Source of the DNA: Chloroflexota bacterium
Lineage (GTDB): Bacteria > Chloroflexota > Anaerolineae > B4-G1 > SLSP01
Assembly: GCA_019873725.1 (NCBI GenBank)
Contig: JAIOAS010000002.1
Span: 1,012-65,011, forward strand
Direction: 5' to 3'
Length of the DNA stretch: 64,000 nt
The stretch's first letter is position 1. Every line of letters begins with the position of its first letter. Position numbers and translations under genes: made by a program. The notes below the pieces were generated by a model. That model was not told the DNA's origin. It saw only the letters and a list, made by a program, of their open reading frames with translations, and did not search any database. Below, one piece after another: positions 45,242-54,786 of this stretch.

Positions 45242-48200
45242 TTTTCCTCCGCGTCAAGTTGGATCACGTCCAGCCCCACCGTCGTGAGCACTTCGTGCAG
45301 GGTGCGGAAGGCGTCGCTATCCACGGCCAGCCCTTCGGGGAAACGCAAAATCAACGTCAACGTCATCGTGAATTTGTCGGCGAGCTTCGCCAGGTCATCC
45401 GTCGCGGCCTTGAGCTGGCGATAGCGTTCCCAGGCCAGGTCGACGGTGAAGGTGGCCGATTCATCCTCCCCGAACTCGGCTGCTGAACGCAGTTGTACCC
45501 GCGCCGCAGGCGCATTCAGTTGTGGGATGACGACGCCCACCGTGCGCAACGCCCGCGCGCCGGCCTGTCCCTGCCCTTGCAGCGCGATGCGGAGCGTCTG
45601 GATATGGGTGATCTGCCGGTCATGGCAGATATCGGACAATTGCTGGAACGCCTGCTGCGGCACCCCCGCACCGCGCAGCGGTTTTTCTGTGGGCGGTGGC
45701 GTGATGATGATGTCTTCCCCACACGTACATTGCGATTGTGGCTTTCCGCAGACCGGGCACGGTTCTTCCGGCGGCGGTGTGATGATCACCTTACCTTTGA
45801 TCGGCAGGCCCAGTCGCGCGGCCTCGGCGGGCAGGTACAGATACGCCTCATCGGCGATCTGCACCGCGGGCGGTGGGGAGTCGTGATCGTAGCCCATCTC
45901 GGCGCGCGCGTCGTAGTAAATCCACGTCTGTGTCTTGATCCCGTTGAGGATCGTCTTCTTCAGTTGGTTCAGATCGAACAACATCGGGAGGCTCAGCCGG
46001 CGGGCAAACGCCTTGCGCAAGTCCTCGGTCGTCATTTGCGTGAGATTGGCGTCCCAAGCCCGCGATTTCACGTAAGCGGCGGACAGCATCTGCTCGTTAC
46101 CGGTGAGCGCCTTCTGCTGCTGTCGCAGCACGCGCAGCACCACGTCGGATTGGTCTTTTTGCACATCGCCCTGATCCTGTGCGGGCAGCATCTCGTGCAT
46201 CAGATACCCGTCGCGCTGCAATGCATCCGCCTGCGGAAAGTAGCAATGCCGGTAGACTTTCGTGATGCCCACCCGCACATCCAACTCCGCGCTTTCACCG
46301 AGCTTCTTGATCTTTTTGCGCTGCTCCTCGGTGAACTCCTGCATCCGCTGCGCGTCGCCCGTGATCCGGTTGATGCCCAGGTAGTAGCGAACGGTATCCA
46401 CCACATCATCAACCCGCTCGCCATCGGCCACCAGGAACAGCAGATTGTTGGGGAAGCGGCGATACCCCTCCATCGCGCCGGCGCGCGCCGCGAGCTTGCG
46501 CGCCAGTTCGGGCGGTTGCGGCGCGGTCGCCGTGGCGCTGGCCGCGTCGTAATGCAACACGACCAGCTTGGGCGCATCGGCGTCATCGTCCACGTCGTCG
46601 GCTTCCTGGGGAAAATAGATAACCTTGAACGCGCCGCTCTTCCAGACCTTGCGGATGCGCGCATCCAGTTCCGCTTTGGCCGTCGTCAGCCCCACCAGTT
46701 GCATTTCGTCGTTGATGATTTTGTTGATCGAAGGCTCCGGCTTGAAGCGATACCGCAGCCCGTCCCACTCGAAGAACCAGCCCTTGTCGTAGAGCCGTTC
46801 CGCCGCCTTGTGGACCAACGCCGGCTCGTCGCCTGGCGCCAGCGCGCCCAGCAGCAATTCGGGCGGCGCGATGCCGGAGATCGCGCCCTGTACCAGGCTA
46901 TGCAGGAACACCGTGGTCGCCACGCGGCGGGCGTAGCGCGGCTTGCCCGTCATCACCCAGGGACCGTCGATCTGGTAGGCGTGGCCCGGCGCAGCGCCTT
47001 TGGGACTGACGATGTCGGCTTCGATCACTTGCCGGAAGGCCGGACGCTCCAGGCGGCTGGTGAGGTCTTCGGCGATCTCCGTGTTGCGCAAGTCCACGTG
47101 ATACGGCGCGATGAACCAGGCATCGGCCGGGCGCTCTTCCCAGACCCGGCGCACCACCAACGCCAGCAGGCGCAGTGCGCCGCGCGTCTTTTGGAAATTG
47201 GGGATCGTCGCCACCCGCAGAGTCAGCGCGTTGAGGAGTTCTGGGTGAAATGGGTAAGCCGCCGCCAGCGCCTGCGCGTATTCCGCCGTAAGCGCCTGCG
47301 TGGGCAAGGCCACGTTCTGCTCGTGCCAGCGGCGGTAAGCCTCCGTGTACGCCTGCGCCGTCTCGGCGGCGGCCTGGGCGTCAATCGTCGCAAACAACCG
47401 GTGGCGCACAATCGCGGCGATCTCCGTCTCGCCGGTAGGGGTGATGACCCGCTCTTGCCGCGCCGAAACCTTGTACGCTTCGGCCAGGTGCGCGCGCAGT
47501 TGGTCGGTCTCCTTCGCAAAGGCGTCTTCCGCGCCAGCCAGGGTGAGCACCACGACGACGTTGGCGCGGCTGGCAGCGAACTCCAGCAGCGACATCAAAA
47601 AAGCCACCGTCTGCTCGGCCAAATCGGATTTTCCGGTAGCGGTGGGGACGGATTGCGCGGCGCGCATGTGCCGGGCCACTTCGTCCAGCATAATTAGCGT
47701 GGGCCGGTCACCCAGCAGTTCGGCAAAGAGGCCAGTGCCGGGCGCGGAGCGGTGCTGATCGCTCTCCTGCGCCAGCGCGTACCCGGCCGGGCCGCCGAGT
47801 TGGTAGGCCAGTTCGCCCCATAGCGTAAACGTGCGGAGATTGGCGTCTGCATGATAAAGCCCCGTCGTGGGATCCAGGTCCGAACCTACCACACCGGCGA
47901 TGCGCACCTGATCAGGCGCGGGTAACAAAGCCGGGTCCACCACCTGCGGCATCAGCGCCGCGGGCAGGTCTTGGCCGCGCGCCGCGTGATACAGCGCAAT
48001 GAGATTGTGCGTCTTGCCGCCGCCGAAAGCGGTTTCCAGGCGCAGAATCGGGCTGCTGGCAGGGCGTGCGCCGGTCAGGCGCCCGAGGGCTTCAGTCAAC
48101 AACAGCCGCAGGCCGGCGGTAGGATATGTGTTCTCGAAAAAGGTCGTGGGGTTTTGGTACACCGGCACAGCTTTGCCATCCAGCACATCCTTGAGCCGGG

Positions 48201-48276
48201 CAGCAAAAATGTCTTCAGTCAATTGCCCCTGCAAGACTTCGGGCCGAGGCGTACAGGTATCAAAAACGAGTTGCAT
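45238..48276 (-). CDS. DUF499-family ATPase
   Basis: MQLVFDTCTPRPEVLQGQL...ILRLETAFGGGKTHNLIALYHAARG matches the P-loop and N-terminal region of DUF499. RBS aggagg 6 nt upstream of the ATG at 48276. The longer ORF-track start at 48576 is unlikely. Confidence 0.6.
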   Translation of the reverse strand: MQLVFDTCTPRPEVLQGQLTEDIFAARLKDVLDGKAVPVYQNPTTFFENTYPTAGLRLLLTEALGRLTGARPASSPILRLETAFGGGKTHNLIALYHAARGQDLPAALMPQVVDPALLPAPDQVRIAGVVGSDLDPTTGLYHADANLRTFTLWGELAYQLGGPAGYALAQESDQHRSAPGTGLFAELLGDRPTLIMLDEVARHMRAAQSVPTATGKSDLAEQTVAFLMSLLEFAASRANVVVVLTLAGAEDAFAKETDQLRAHLAEAYKVSARQERVITPTGETEIAAIVRHRLFATIDAQAAAETAQAYTEAYRRWHEQNVALPTQALTAEYAQALAAAYPFHPELLNALTLRVATIPNFQKTRGALRLLALVVRRVWEERPADAWFIAPYHVDLRNTEIAEDLTSRLERPAFRQVIEADIVSPKGAAPGHAYQIDGPWVMTGKPRYARRVATTVFLHSLVQGAISGIAPPELLLGALAPGDEPALVHKAAERLYDKGWFFEWDGLRYRFKPEPSINKIINDEMQLVGLTTAKAELDARIRKVWKSGAFKVIYFPQEADDVDDDADAPKLVVLHYDAASATATAPQPPELARKLAARAGAMEGYRRFPNNLLFLVADGERVDDVVDTVRYYLGINRITGDAQRMQEFTEEQRKKIKKLGESAELDVRVGITKVYRHCYFPQADALQRDGYLMHEMLPAQDQGDVQKDQSDVVLRVLRQQQKALTGNEQMLSAAYVKSRAWDANLTQMTTEDLRKAFARRLSLPMLFDLNQLKKTILNGIKTQTWIYYDARAEMGYDHDSPPPAVQIADEAYLYLPAEAARLGLPIKGKVIITPPPEEPCPVCGKPQSQCTCGEDIIITPPPTEKPLRGAGVPQQAFQQLSDICHDRQITHIQTLRIALQGQGQAGARALRTVGVVIPQLNAPAARVQLRSAAEFGEDESATFTVDLAWERYRQLKAATDDLAKLADKFTMTLTLILRFPEGLAVDSDAFRTLHEVLTTVGLDVIQLDAEEK

Positions 48277-48454
48277 ACCACCTCCTGTGGCCTGGAAATG
48301 GGTCGTGATCCGTCTACAGTTTATCATCTTTTGGGGAAGGATGCAAATGTACTTGCTATAGGGCACAATCTTCCTTGCTTTTTCGCAGCCTGACGTTATA
48401 GTTAGGGTATGCACATTGTCGTATTCCGGTTCTTGAGATGACTTCAAGCTATCT

Positions 48455-51220
48455 ATGATGACAGCAGTACAATCCCCAACACCTACTACGCACCGGCGAT
48501 TCTTCTCAGACCGCCAAGCCGCGCTGCGGTGCATCGCCTCCGCGTTGGAATCTGCCGAACACATACGGATTGCCACGGCGTACTTTGAGGGTTCAGGATT
48601 TCAGGCGCTCCAAGAGACGCTCAGAGGCAAAAAGATTCGTCTGCTTGTGGGACGGCAGGAAGGTGGAGAAGATAGCTTTCGCGAAGTATTGAAAGAATTC
48701 GTCCGAGAGCTTTCCTATGGTCCGCAAGAGCATCGCAGCCGCGCTATGCAGCAAATGTTGGAGGCGCTGGAACAAGGATGGATGACCGTAGCAGTGGGAG
48801 CAGCGTTATCCGAAGACTTGCCCTGGCTAGAGGCGCGCTATCTCTACCATCATGCCAAACTCTACATCGCCGATGAACGATTCGCAGTAGTTACATCAGC
48901 TAATTTTTCATACCATGGCTTGTGTATTAGCCGTGAAGCTGGGATCACGGTCACTGATTCCGACGATGTGCGCTACTTTGTCCATTGCTTCGACAAGTAT
49001 TTTGACCAGGCGCGTTCCATTACTGCAGAGCTAATCGAAGCCCTGCGGGCGTATCTGCGCGCGTATGATCCCTATGTAGTCTATGCTCGCGCTTTGCTGG
49101 AACTGTATGGCTTGCCACAGGACGAAGCGCCGCCACAATTGCCCCCTTTGGCCAAGTACCAGGAAGGCGTAGTATCCAGCGTTTTGCGGTCGCTCCTGGA
49201 ACACCATGGGGCGTTCCTTATTGCTTCGACCGGCTTGGGCAAGACAATCATCGCCGCACACGTCGCAGCCTACTTGCGGATGCAAGGTGAAATCGATAGC
49301 GTAGTGGTGATCGGACCGGCAGGACTCCGTGAGGTCTGGAGGCGCTCCATGCGGGCAGCGCGGGTACCCAGCGTAGAATTCTCATATCACACCCTCACCC
49401 GCACCGACGGCGACTCAAACTTGCCCATCCTGGAACACGAACTGCGCCAGGTCAATGAGCAGACACTTATTATCCTTGACGAATCCCATCGCCTGCGCAA
49501 TGAAAGCAGCAATGGCGGCGATCTGCGGTTGAGCAATGCGCGAATCCAAGAAGCCGTGCGGGAAAAAGGGGCCAAAGTGTTGCTCCTAACCGCCACCCCT
49601 TATGGCAAGGATTTTTCGGAAGTCGAAAGTCAATTGAAGCTCTTGCCTGCTCCGAGACACGCTATGCACACTGCATTAGGATTCACCACCAGCATTACGA
49701 CATGGCAAGCGCAAAAGTTGGCCGATTTGCCAGAACTACCGCCCTGTACAGTGCTAACCACACCGGATGTCGTGCGGCACTTTGGACATCAAGACGAACA
49801 GGGTGAACGCTATGTTGTATTCTCTGAAACCGATCGGCGCTATTTCCCGCGCCGTATCCGCCTGCAGACCGTACGTTACGACAACCCTTTCGATGAGTTC
49901 CTGGCTGAGCTTCTCGAAAGTAAATTGCTGTATAAAGAATTGGCATCCGGCAAACCATCTCCACAGGCTGCTCTGCCACTCGACCTACCCAATGGACATG
50001 GTGAAAGGCTACCCCTGCAAGAAGCACTCTTCTTACATCAGTTTTGTTCTTCGCCAGCAGAAGTCAAAGAGGTGTGTGACAAACTTGAGTTCGGCGGCTA
50101 CAACTACACCTTTGCCCGCCAAAAGGAACTGAGCGATTTCGTCCGGGAACGACGCAGACTCATCCGACAATCTGGGAACCCTCGCAAAGACCCAAAGCTA
50201 CGGGCCTTATTCGACATTATCAAGACGGCTAAAGACAGCAAATTAGTCATCTTTTGCGAGTATCATGCCACAGCACGTTATCTACGAGAAGGATTACTGA
50301 AGCTTATGCCGCGTTTGAAAGTCGAAACGACGCTGGATGTATCCGATTTGGATGGTCTTCTACGTCGTTTTGCTCCGCTGGCTAATGAAGTGCTGCCGGA
50401 AGAGCGCCAACCAGAACAAGAAATCCAGGTATTGATCGCCACACGCTCTATGGCTGAGGGCTTTAACCTGCAGGATGCGGCAATACTGGTCAATTACGAT
50501 CTGTCTTGGACAGTCTTACAACTGGCACAACGTATGGGGCGCATTCTACGTCCCTGGCATATTCCCCGCGACGTAACCATCTATAACTTTGTACCTTCTA
50601 CAATGGATCATGCGCGCATTGCACATGCTCGTAATTGGGAACGCCGCTTGCGAGAACGCAATCGCCAACATCGCTCGCTTGCCCAGATCCCCGTGATGGT
50701 TTATAAGGAAAGCCGCCAGAGCAATTTGGCGCAAGAGCTTGAGATGGAACGCCTGGGGCGCGAAATGTACCTGTCTGGAGAGACCTATGCTGACCTGGAT
50801 TTACACCAGGTAATGGAATTCATCCAATCGGTGGATGATCTCACGACCAGCACCTTCTACAATGATCTGGCAACCATTGCCAACCGTGATGAAATTCTCA
50901 ACTTGCCGGCTGGGATCCGGAGCGCCATGGTCAAGCCTGGTCGCAAGCGTCTGTTTCTCTTGCTGCGTAGCGCGCGTTCACGTTTGGATACAGTTCTGGC
51001 AGACAGTAGAGGGCGTCCATTGGATGAAAGTTGGCGACGCGATGACGTGATGCGGGCCATTCGATGTCTGCCTGAGACACCCAAAGCACCTGCTGCTACC
51101 TATCCTACACCTGATGATTTTGACACCTGGATCGAAGTTACACGCAATGAGTGGGCGACCCAGCACGGACTCGATGCAACAAAACTACAGATCGTCTGTG
51201 CTTTGGCATTACTGCCGTAG
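48455..51220 (+). CDS. PLD-like (HxK) domain fused to SF2 helicase (DEAD/SNF2-like)
   Basis: PLD: YLYHHAKLYIADERFAVVTSANFSYHG. Helicase: FLIASTGLGKTIIAAH, LIILDESHRLRN, VLLLTATPYG, VLIATRSMAEGFNLQDAAILVNYDLSWTVLQLAQRMGRILRPW. Confidence 0.75.
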   Translation: MMTAVQSPTPTTHRRFFSDRQAALRCIASALESAEHIRIATAYFEGSGFQALQETLRGKKIRLLVGRQEGGEDSFREVLKEFVRELSYGPQEHRSRAMQQMLEALEQGWMTVAVGAALSEDLPWLEARYLYHHAKLYIADERFAVVTSANFSYHGLCISREAGITVTDSDDVRYFVHCFDKYFDQARSITAELIEALRAYLRAYDPYVVYARALLELYGLPQDEAPPQLPPLAKYQEGVVSSVLRSLLEHHGAFLIASTGLGKTIIAAHVAAYLRMQGEIDSVVVIGPAGLREVWRRSMRAARVPSVEFSYHTLTRTDGDSNLPILEHELRQVNEQTLIILDESHRLRNESSNGGDLRLSNARIQEAVREKGAKVLLLTATPYGKDFSEVESQLKLLPAPRHAMHTALGFTTSITTWQAQKLADLPELPPCTVLTTPDVVRHFGHQDEQGERYVVFSETDRRYFPRRIRLQTVRYDNPFDEFLAELLESKLLYKELASGKPSPQAALPLDLPNGHGERLPLQEALFLHQFCSSPAEVKEVCDKLEFGGYNYTFARQKELSDFVRERRRLIRQSGNPRKDPKLRALFDIIKTAKDSKLVIFCEYHATARYLREGLLKLMPRLKVETTLDVSDLDGLLRRFAPLANEVLPEERQPEQEIQVLIATRSMAEGFNLQDAAILVNYDLSWTVLQLAQRMGRILRPWHIPRDVTIYNFVPSTMDHARIAHARNWERRLRERNRQHRSLAQIPVMVYKESRQSNLAQELEMERLGREMYLSGETYADLDLHQVMEFIQSVDDLTTSTFYNDLATIANRDEILNLPAGIRSAMVKPGRKRLFLLLRSARSRLDTVLADSRGRPLDESWRRDDVMRAIRCLPETPKAPAATYPTPDDFDTWIEVTRNEWATQHGLDATKLQIVCALALLP

Positions 51221-51267
51221 AAAGTTGATGGTTTATTGGCTGTGGAGTGCGACAACAACGGATACCG

Positions 51268-51296
51268 GTATCCCTCTTGATTTCACCCCCTCCCGT
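51268..51296 (+). promoter_or_regulatory. second sigma70-like promoter (TTGATT-17/18-TATAAT)
   Basis: ctcTTGATTtcaccccctcccgtatggTATAATattgg. Same -35 and -10 hexamers as the promoter at 735-762. Confidence 0.4.
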
Positions 51297-51484
51297 ATGG
51301 TATAATATTGGTAAGAATCGTTCTTTACCAGTTCCATAACCTGCCCATCCTGACCTGCCCGCGCCTGTCGCGGGTCCGCTGTCTTTGTTGCATCATATCC
51401 GGTCATCGGACTGGAAACCCTGACATACCTTGAAAGCCCCACCGGGGCATCTGACGTTTTTCACGCCTGACGGACTTTGTGCCG

Positions 51485-51516
51485 CCCACGTTAGATGCTT
51501 GCCCGCGTGGGGCTTT
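51485..51516 (+). terminator. terminator-like hairpin + U-tract
   Basis: cccacg-ttagatgcttgcc-cgtggg followed by gcTTTTTgcg. Confidence 0.3.
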
Positions 51517-52073
51517 TTGCGTTCCAATGATACCTTCAGTCCGTGGTCGCGGCATCGGCCTTGCAGCGCAAGGCTTGTGCCGAGGCTCCGGCCTCACATC
51601 CGGCCCTGTCTGATCAAGACAAGGCGCAATGGGCAGAACCTTAACAACCTCAATATTCTTATTCTGACTGCGAAAGGCAGAGCCGTGGGCAGCGCCCGGA
51701 GAACAATCCCGGTGCATTTCCTGCGGCTGCCAATACGCAATTCTGAAACGTAAAGACGTAAAACGTAATGCGCAAGAAAGACACGGCGACTTGGCTTTGT
51801 CCCTTTACGTTTCACGTTTTACGCCTTATTCTGCCCATCTTTGCTTTGGCCTCTCCGGTGCCCCGGCCTAAAAACAGTCGGTGCGCGGGAGACGCACTGA
51901 TTGATACCCTGGTTCATCCACGCACCACCCCGACCCCGGCTTCAGCTTGTCGAGTCAGCCAGGCGATGGGGCGTCCGGCTGACCACTGTTTTCGTCGTTG
52001 TCCTTCACACGGGAGGCGCATCGTTCTCCCGTCGTGGAGAACCCGTGCGCCTCTCAGTTGTGATCCACTGGTA

Positions 52074-52124
52074 ATCAACAAATCTCAAATCAACAAATCT
52101 CAAATCAGCAAATCACAAATCTAA
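52074..52124. repeat. AAATCTCAAATCA tandem repeat upstream of RBS; paralog at 60878-60920
   Basis: aatcaacaaatctcaaatcaacaaatctcaaatcagcaaatcacaaatcta. Both copies end ...GGAGGTATRC(G)AATG. Confidence 0.55.
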
Positions 52125-52137
52125 TCGGAGGTATGCA

Positions 52138-53052
52138 ATGTCTTGGCAAGATCGTGACAACTCGCAGATTCTACAAGAAGAAATGGTGTCCGAATACCCG
52201 TTCATTCAATACGTGAACGATGGTGGTTCGTTGGAACCCCGCGAAACCACCGGCGGCTTTGCGATGAGCGCGGAGCAGGCGGAACTGCTCAAGGCTACGC
52301 CCAACGGCGCGGTCGAACACACGCTCATCTTCAGCACCGGCGAAAGCGAAAGTGTGTTCTTCACCGACTGGCTGCGCTTCGTGCCTTTGGCGACGCGCTT
52401 CGCCTGGGTCAAGGACGGCAACCGGCTCGGCGGCTTCGTGGACGGGGCGCGCGGGAAACTGCAAGCCCTGGGCTACGTGGAGACCGAGAGCGGGTACGTC
52501 GGCCCGGTGATGCTAACCGTCAAAGGGATGGCATCGAAAGACCTGGCGCAGGCGTTGCGCGAACACCGGCAGGCGGTGCGCAAGGCGACGCAGGGCAAGG
52601 CCCCCAGTTCGTTCTTCGCGGTGCTGCTGCACGCCGGGGAACCGGCAATGCGCGGCACCAAGCAGAAGAGCCGCGCCACCCCCATTGTACGTTCCAATGA
52701 GTTCGACCCGGATGTGGACTACATCGGGGACGAGCTGGCCGACCTCATCGAGGCCGAGTGGGAGCTGTACAAGCAATGGGCGGCGGCCTGGGAGCACAAC
52801 CCCGGTCCCAACGGTGACGGTGAATTGGCTGACGGCGACGTACCGGTCGAGGAAGAAGGCGCTGCGCCTACCGACGCTCCGGCGAAGGCTGGCAAAGCGG
52901 ACGCTGTTCCGGCGACGGAGAGCACCAAACGGTTGCTCACCGCGTTGATGCGCGGCAAGGGCTTCACGCCGGACGCCATCGACAGCACGCTGGATGGCAT
53001 CACCGCCGACGCCGCGCAAGCCTTGCTCGCCGAACTGAAGCGCCAGGGGTAA
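52138..53052 (+). CDS. hypothetical protein (acidic C-terminal tail)
   Basis: 304-aa ORF with RBS cggaggtatgcaATG. No recognised domain. Confidence 0.45.
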   Translation: MSWQDRDNSQILQEEMVSEYPFIQYVNDGGSLEPRETTGGFAMSAEQAELLKATPNGAVEHTLIFSTGESESVFFTDWLRFVPLATRFAWVKDGNRLGGFVDGARGKLQALGYVETESGYVGPVMLTVKGMASKDLAQALREHRQAVRKATQGKAPSSFFAVLLHAGEPAMRGTKQKSRATPIVRSNEFDPDVDYIGDELADLIEAEWELYKQWAAAWEHNPGPNGDGELADGDVPVEEEGAAPTDAPAKAGKADAVPATESTKRLLTALMRGKGFTPDAIDSTLDGITADAAQALLAELKRQG

Positions 53053-53055
53053 GCG

Positions 53056-53535
53056 ATGGACGGACAAGCTGTATACCGCGTCTATCGCCGTCACCCCGCG
53101 CAACACCGTCCGGCGCGTCAGGCCCAAGTGCGTCCGGCGCAGGAACCCCGTGAAACGGAGAACCTGCACTGGCGACCGGCGCAGCAAGCCGCACCAACTC
53201 GGACTGTACCGTGCCAGGCGGCGGACTTGCACTGGCGGCCACAATGCCAGCAAGCGCACGCGCCGGCGCCGCGCCACCCGCGCTCCGCACCCCGGCGCAA
53301 GCCGCGCGGAGGGGCCAGGTGGTGGCGTCCGCTGTTCTTGTTAGCGTTGATCGTGCCTGGTCTGACGTGGCTGTATGCCCAAGCGCCGCGCCTGTTGCCC
53401 TTCACGGCCCGACACGGTGCGCACCCTGGCTTGCTTCTGCTGGTCGTGGTCGCCCTGGTGGTAGCCGGTGGACTGAAGCAGGTGGTCTGGTTCAAGACCA
53501 TGCAGCGCGTTGCGCCCACGTTGTCTGAGGAGTAG
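53056..53535 (+). CDS. Arg-rich N-terminus, two-TM membrane hypothetical protein
   Basis: WRPLFLLALIVPGLTWLY and LLLLVVVALVVAGGL hydrophobic helices. Confidence 0.4.
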   Translation: MDGQAVYRVYRRHPAQHRPARQAQVRPAQEPRETENLHWRPAQQAAPTRTVPCQAADLHWRPQCQQAHAPAPRHPRSAPRRKPRGGARWWRPLFLLALIVPGLTWLYAQAPRLLPFTARHGAHPGLLLLVVVALVVAGGLKQVVWFKTMQRVAPTLSEE

Positions 53536-53695
53536 GTTTCTGTCCTACATCCGATGTAAAAGCCCCTGGCTTTTACCAAGCGCCTGTGGACTCAGTTCCC
53601 AGGCGCTTTTCTCCATTCCTGCCCTGTCGAGGAGGCTGTGCGCCTCCGTGACAGGAGACGCCGGCCTTCCTCGTCACCTACGAGGAGGTATACAA

Positions 53696-54165
53696 TGACC
53701 TTTCAGCAAGTTCAAGGCGAGCCCCTTCACCAAGTTCAGGGCAAGCCATTTGCCCCTGTCCTGAAGCTGCCCACAATGGCAGCCCCGCTTCACCCCGTCG
53801 CCTTCACCCCGGAACAGCAACAGCGCCGCGCCCGGTTGATCCAACAGACCGGTACCGCGCTGCGCGCTGATCCCACGGTGACACGTCTACGGGGCACAAT
53901 GACCCCCACGCCGCCGCGCGCGGTGTGGCTGGACTTCACGTTGTCGTATGATGCCACACCCTATTGCCTGACGTTTCCCAACACCGCGCCCACCGTAACC
54001 CTGTGGATGCCGGGACGCTTCGCGCCGTGGGAGACGCTGGCCTGCTGGACGTTGGCCGACTTTGCAACCGGCGCAGACCTGTGGGAAGCCGTGAAAGCCA
54101 CCCTGGACGCGCCGGAACTGGACGTGCTCCACCGTTGGCTGGAAGACACCGGAGGTGTACCGTGA
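53696..54165 (+). CDS. hypothetical protein
   Basis: RBS cgaggaggtatacaATG. The ORF-track start at 53638 lacks an RBS. Confidence 0.4.
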
Positions 54166-54692
54166 ATGCCACGCTCGCCCACGAACTCCAACAACGGTTG
54201 GGCTACCACTTTGCCAACCCTGACCTGCTGCGCCTGGCCTTGACCCACAGTTCCGCCGGCGTGCAGAACTACGAACGCCTGGAACACCTGGGCGACGCGG
54301 TGCTGGAACTGGCGGTGACCTACTGGCTCTACCGCGACTTCCCGCACTTCGGGCCGGGCCAGATGAGCATCTTGCGCGCCGAGTTGGTGCGCGCTGAAAG
54401 CCTGGCGCGCTTCGCCCGGCAACTGGAACTGCCCTGGGCTGTGCGCTTGAGCCTGCGCGCCGACAGTCGTGGCTTGCGCCAGCGCACCTCGGTGCTCAGC
54501 GACGTCTTCGAGGCGGTGCTGGGTGCGGTGTTCGTGGACACGGCGCTTGACACCGGCAACACCGATTTAGCGACGGTGCAGACTGTGCTCCGTCCGTTGG
54601 TGACGCCGCTGGCCGATACCGTCATCCACCGCAACCCCGGCTTCTACCGCATATCCACTCCGGGACTCACGCTGTATCCCAGCCTGCCCTGA
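54163..54692 (+). CDS. mini-RNase III-like ribonuclease (catalytic domain only, no dsRBD)
   Basis: YERLEHLGDAVLELAVTYWLY matches the RNase III signature ERLEFLGDA. Acidic SDVFEAVLGAVFVD. GTG start overlapping the upstream stop. Confidence 0.6.
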
Positions 54693-54730
54693 CCCCGCAT
54701 CCCGCGCGGAACGGGCAACGCCCCTAACCT

Positions 54731-54768
54731 GTAACTCGCAACTCGCAACTCATAACTCGCAACTCATC
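54731..54768. repeat. AACTCGC tandem repeat
   Basis: gtaactcgcaactcgcaactcataactcgcaactc, immediately 5' of caaggaggtaactcgtATG. Confidence 0.55.
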
Positions 54769-54786
54769 CCCAAGGAGGTAACTCGT

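Noticed and set aside
45238-48576. Long 1112-aa version of the DUF499 gene starting at 48576
   Set aside because: The N-terminal 100 aa are Cys-rich junk with no RBS and overlap the divergent PLD-helicase gene. A good RBS-ATG exists at 48276.
51300-52137. RNase P RNA, tmRNA or tRNA in the 0.9-kb noncoding gap
   Set aside because: No GGAAAGUCCGG or ACAGAACCCGGCUUA (RNase P), no tRNA-like T-arm GGUUCGAAUCC or tag-peptide frame, and no cloverleaf candidates found.
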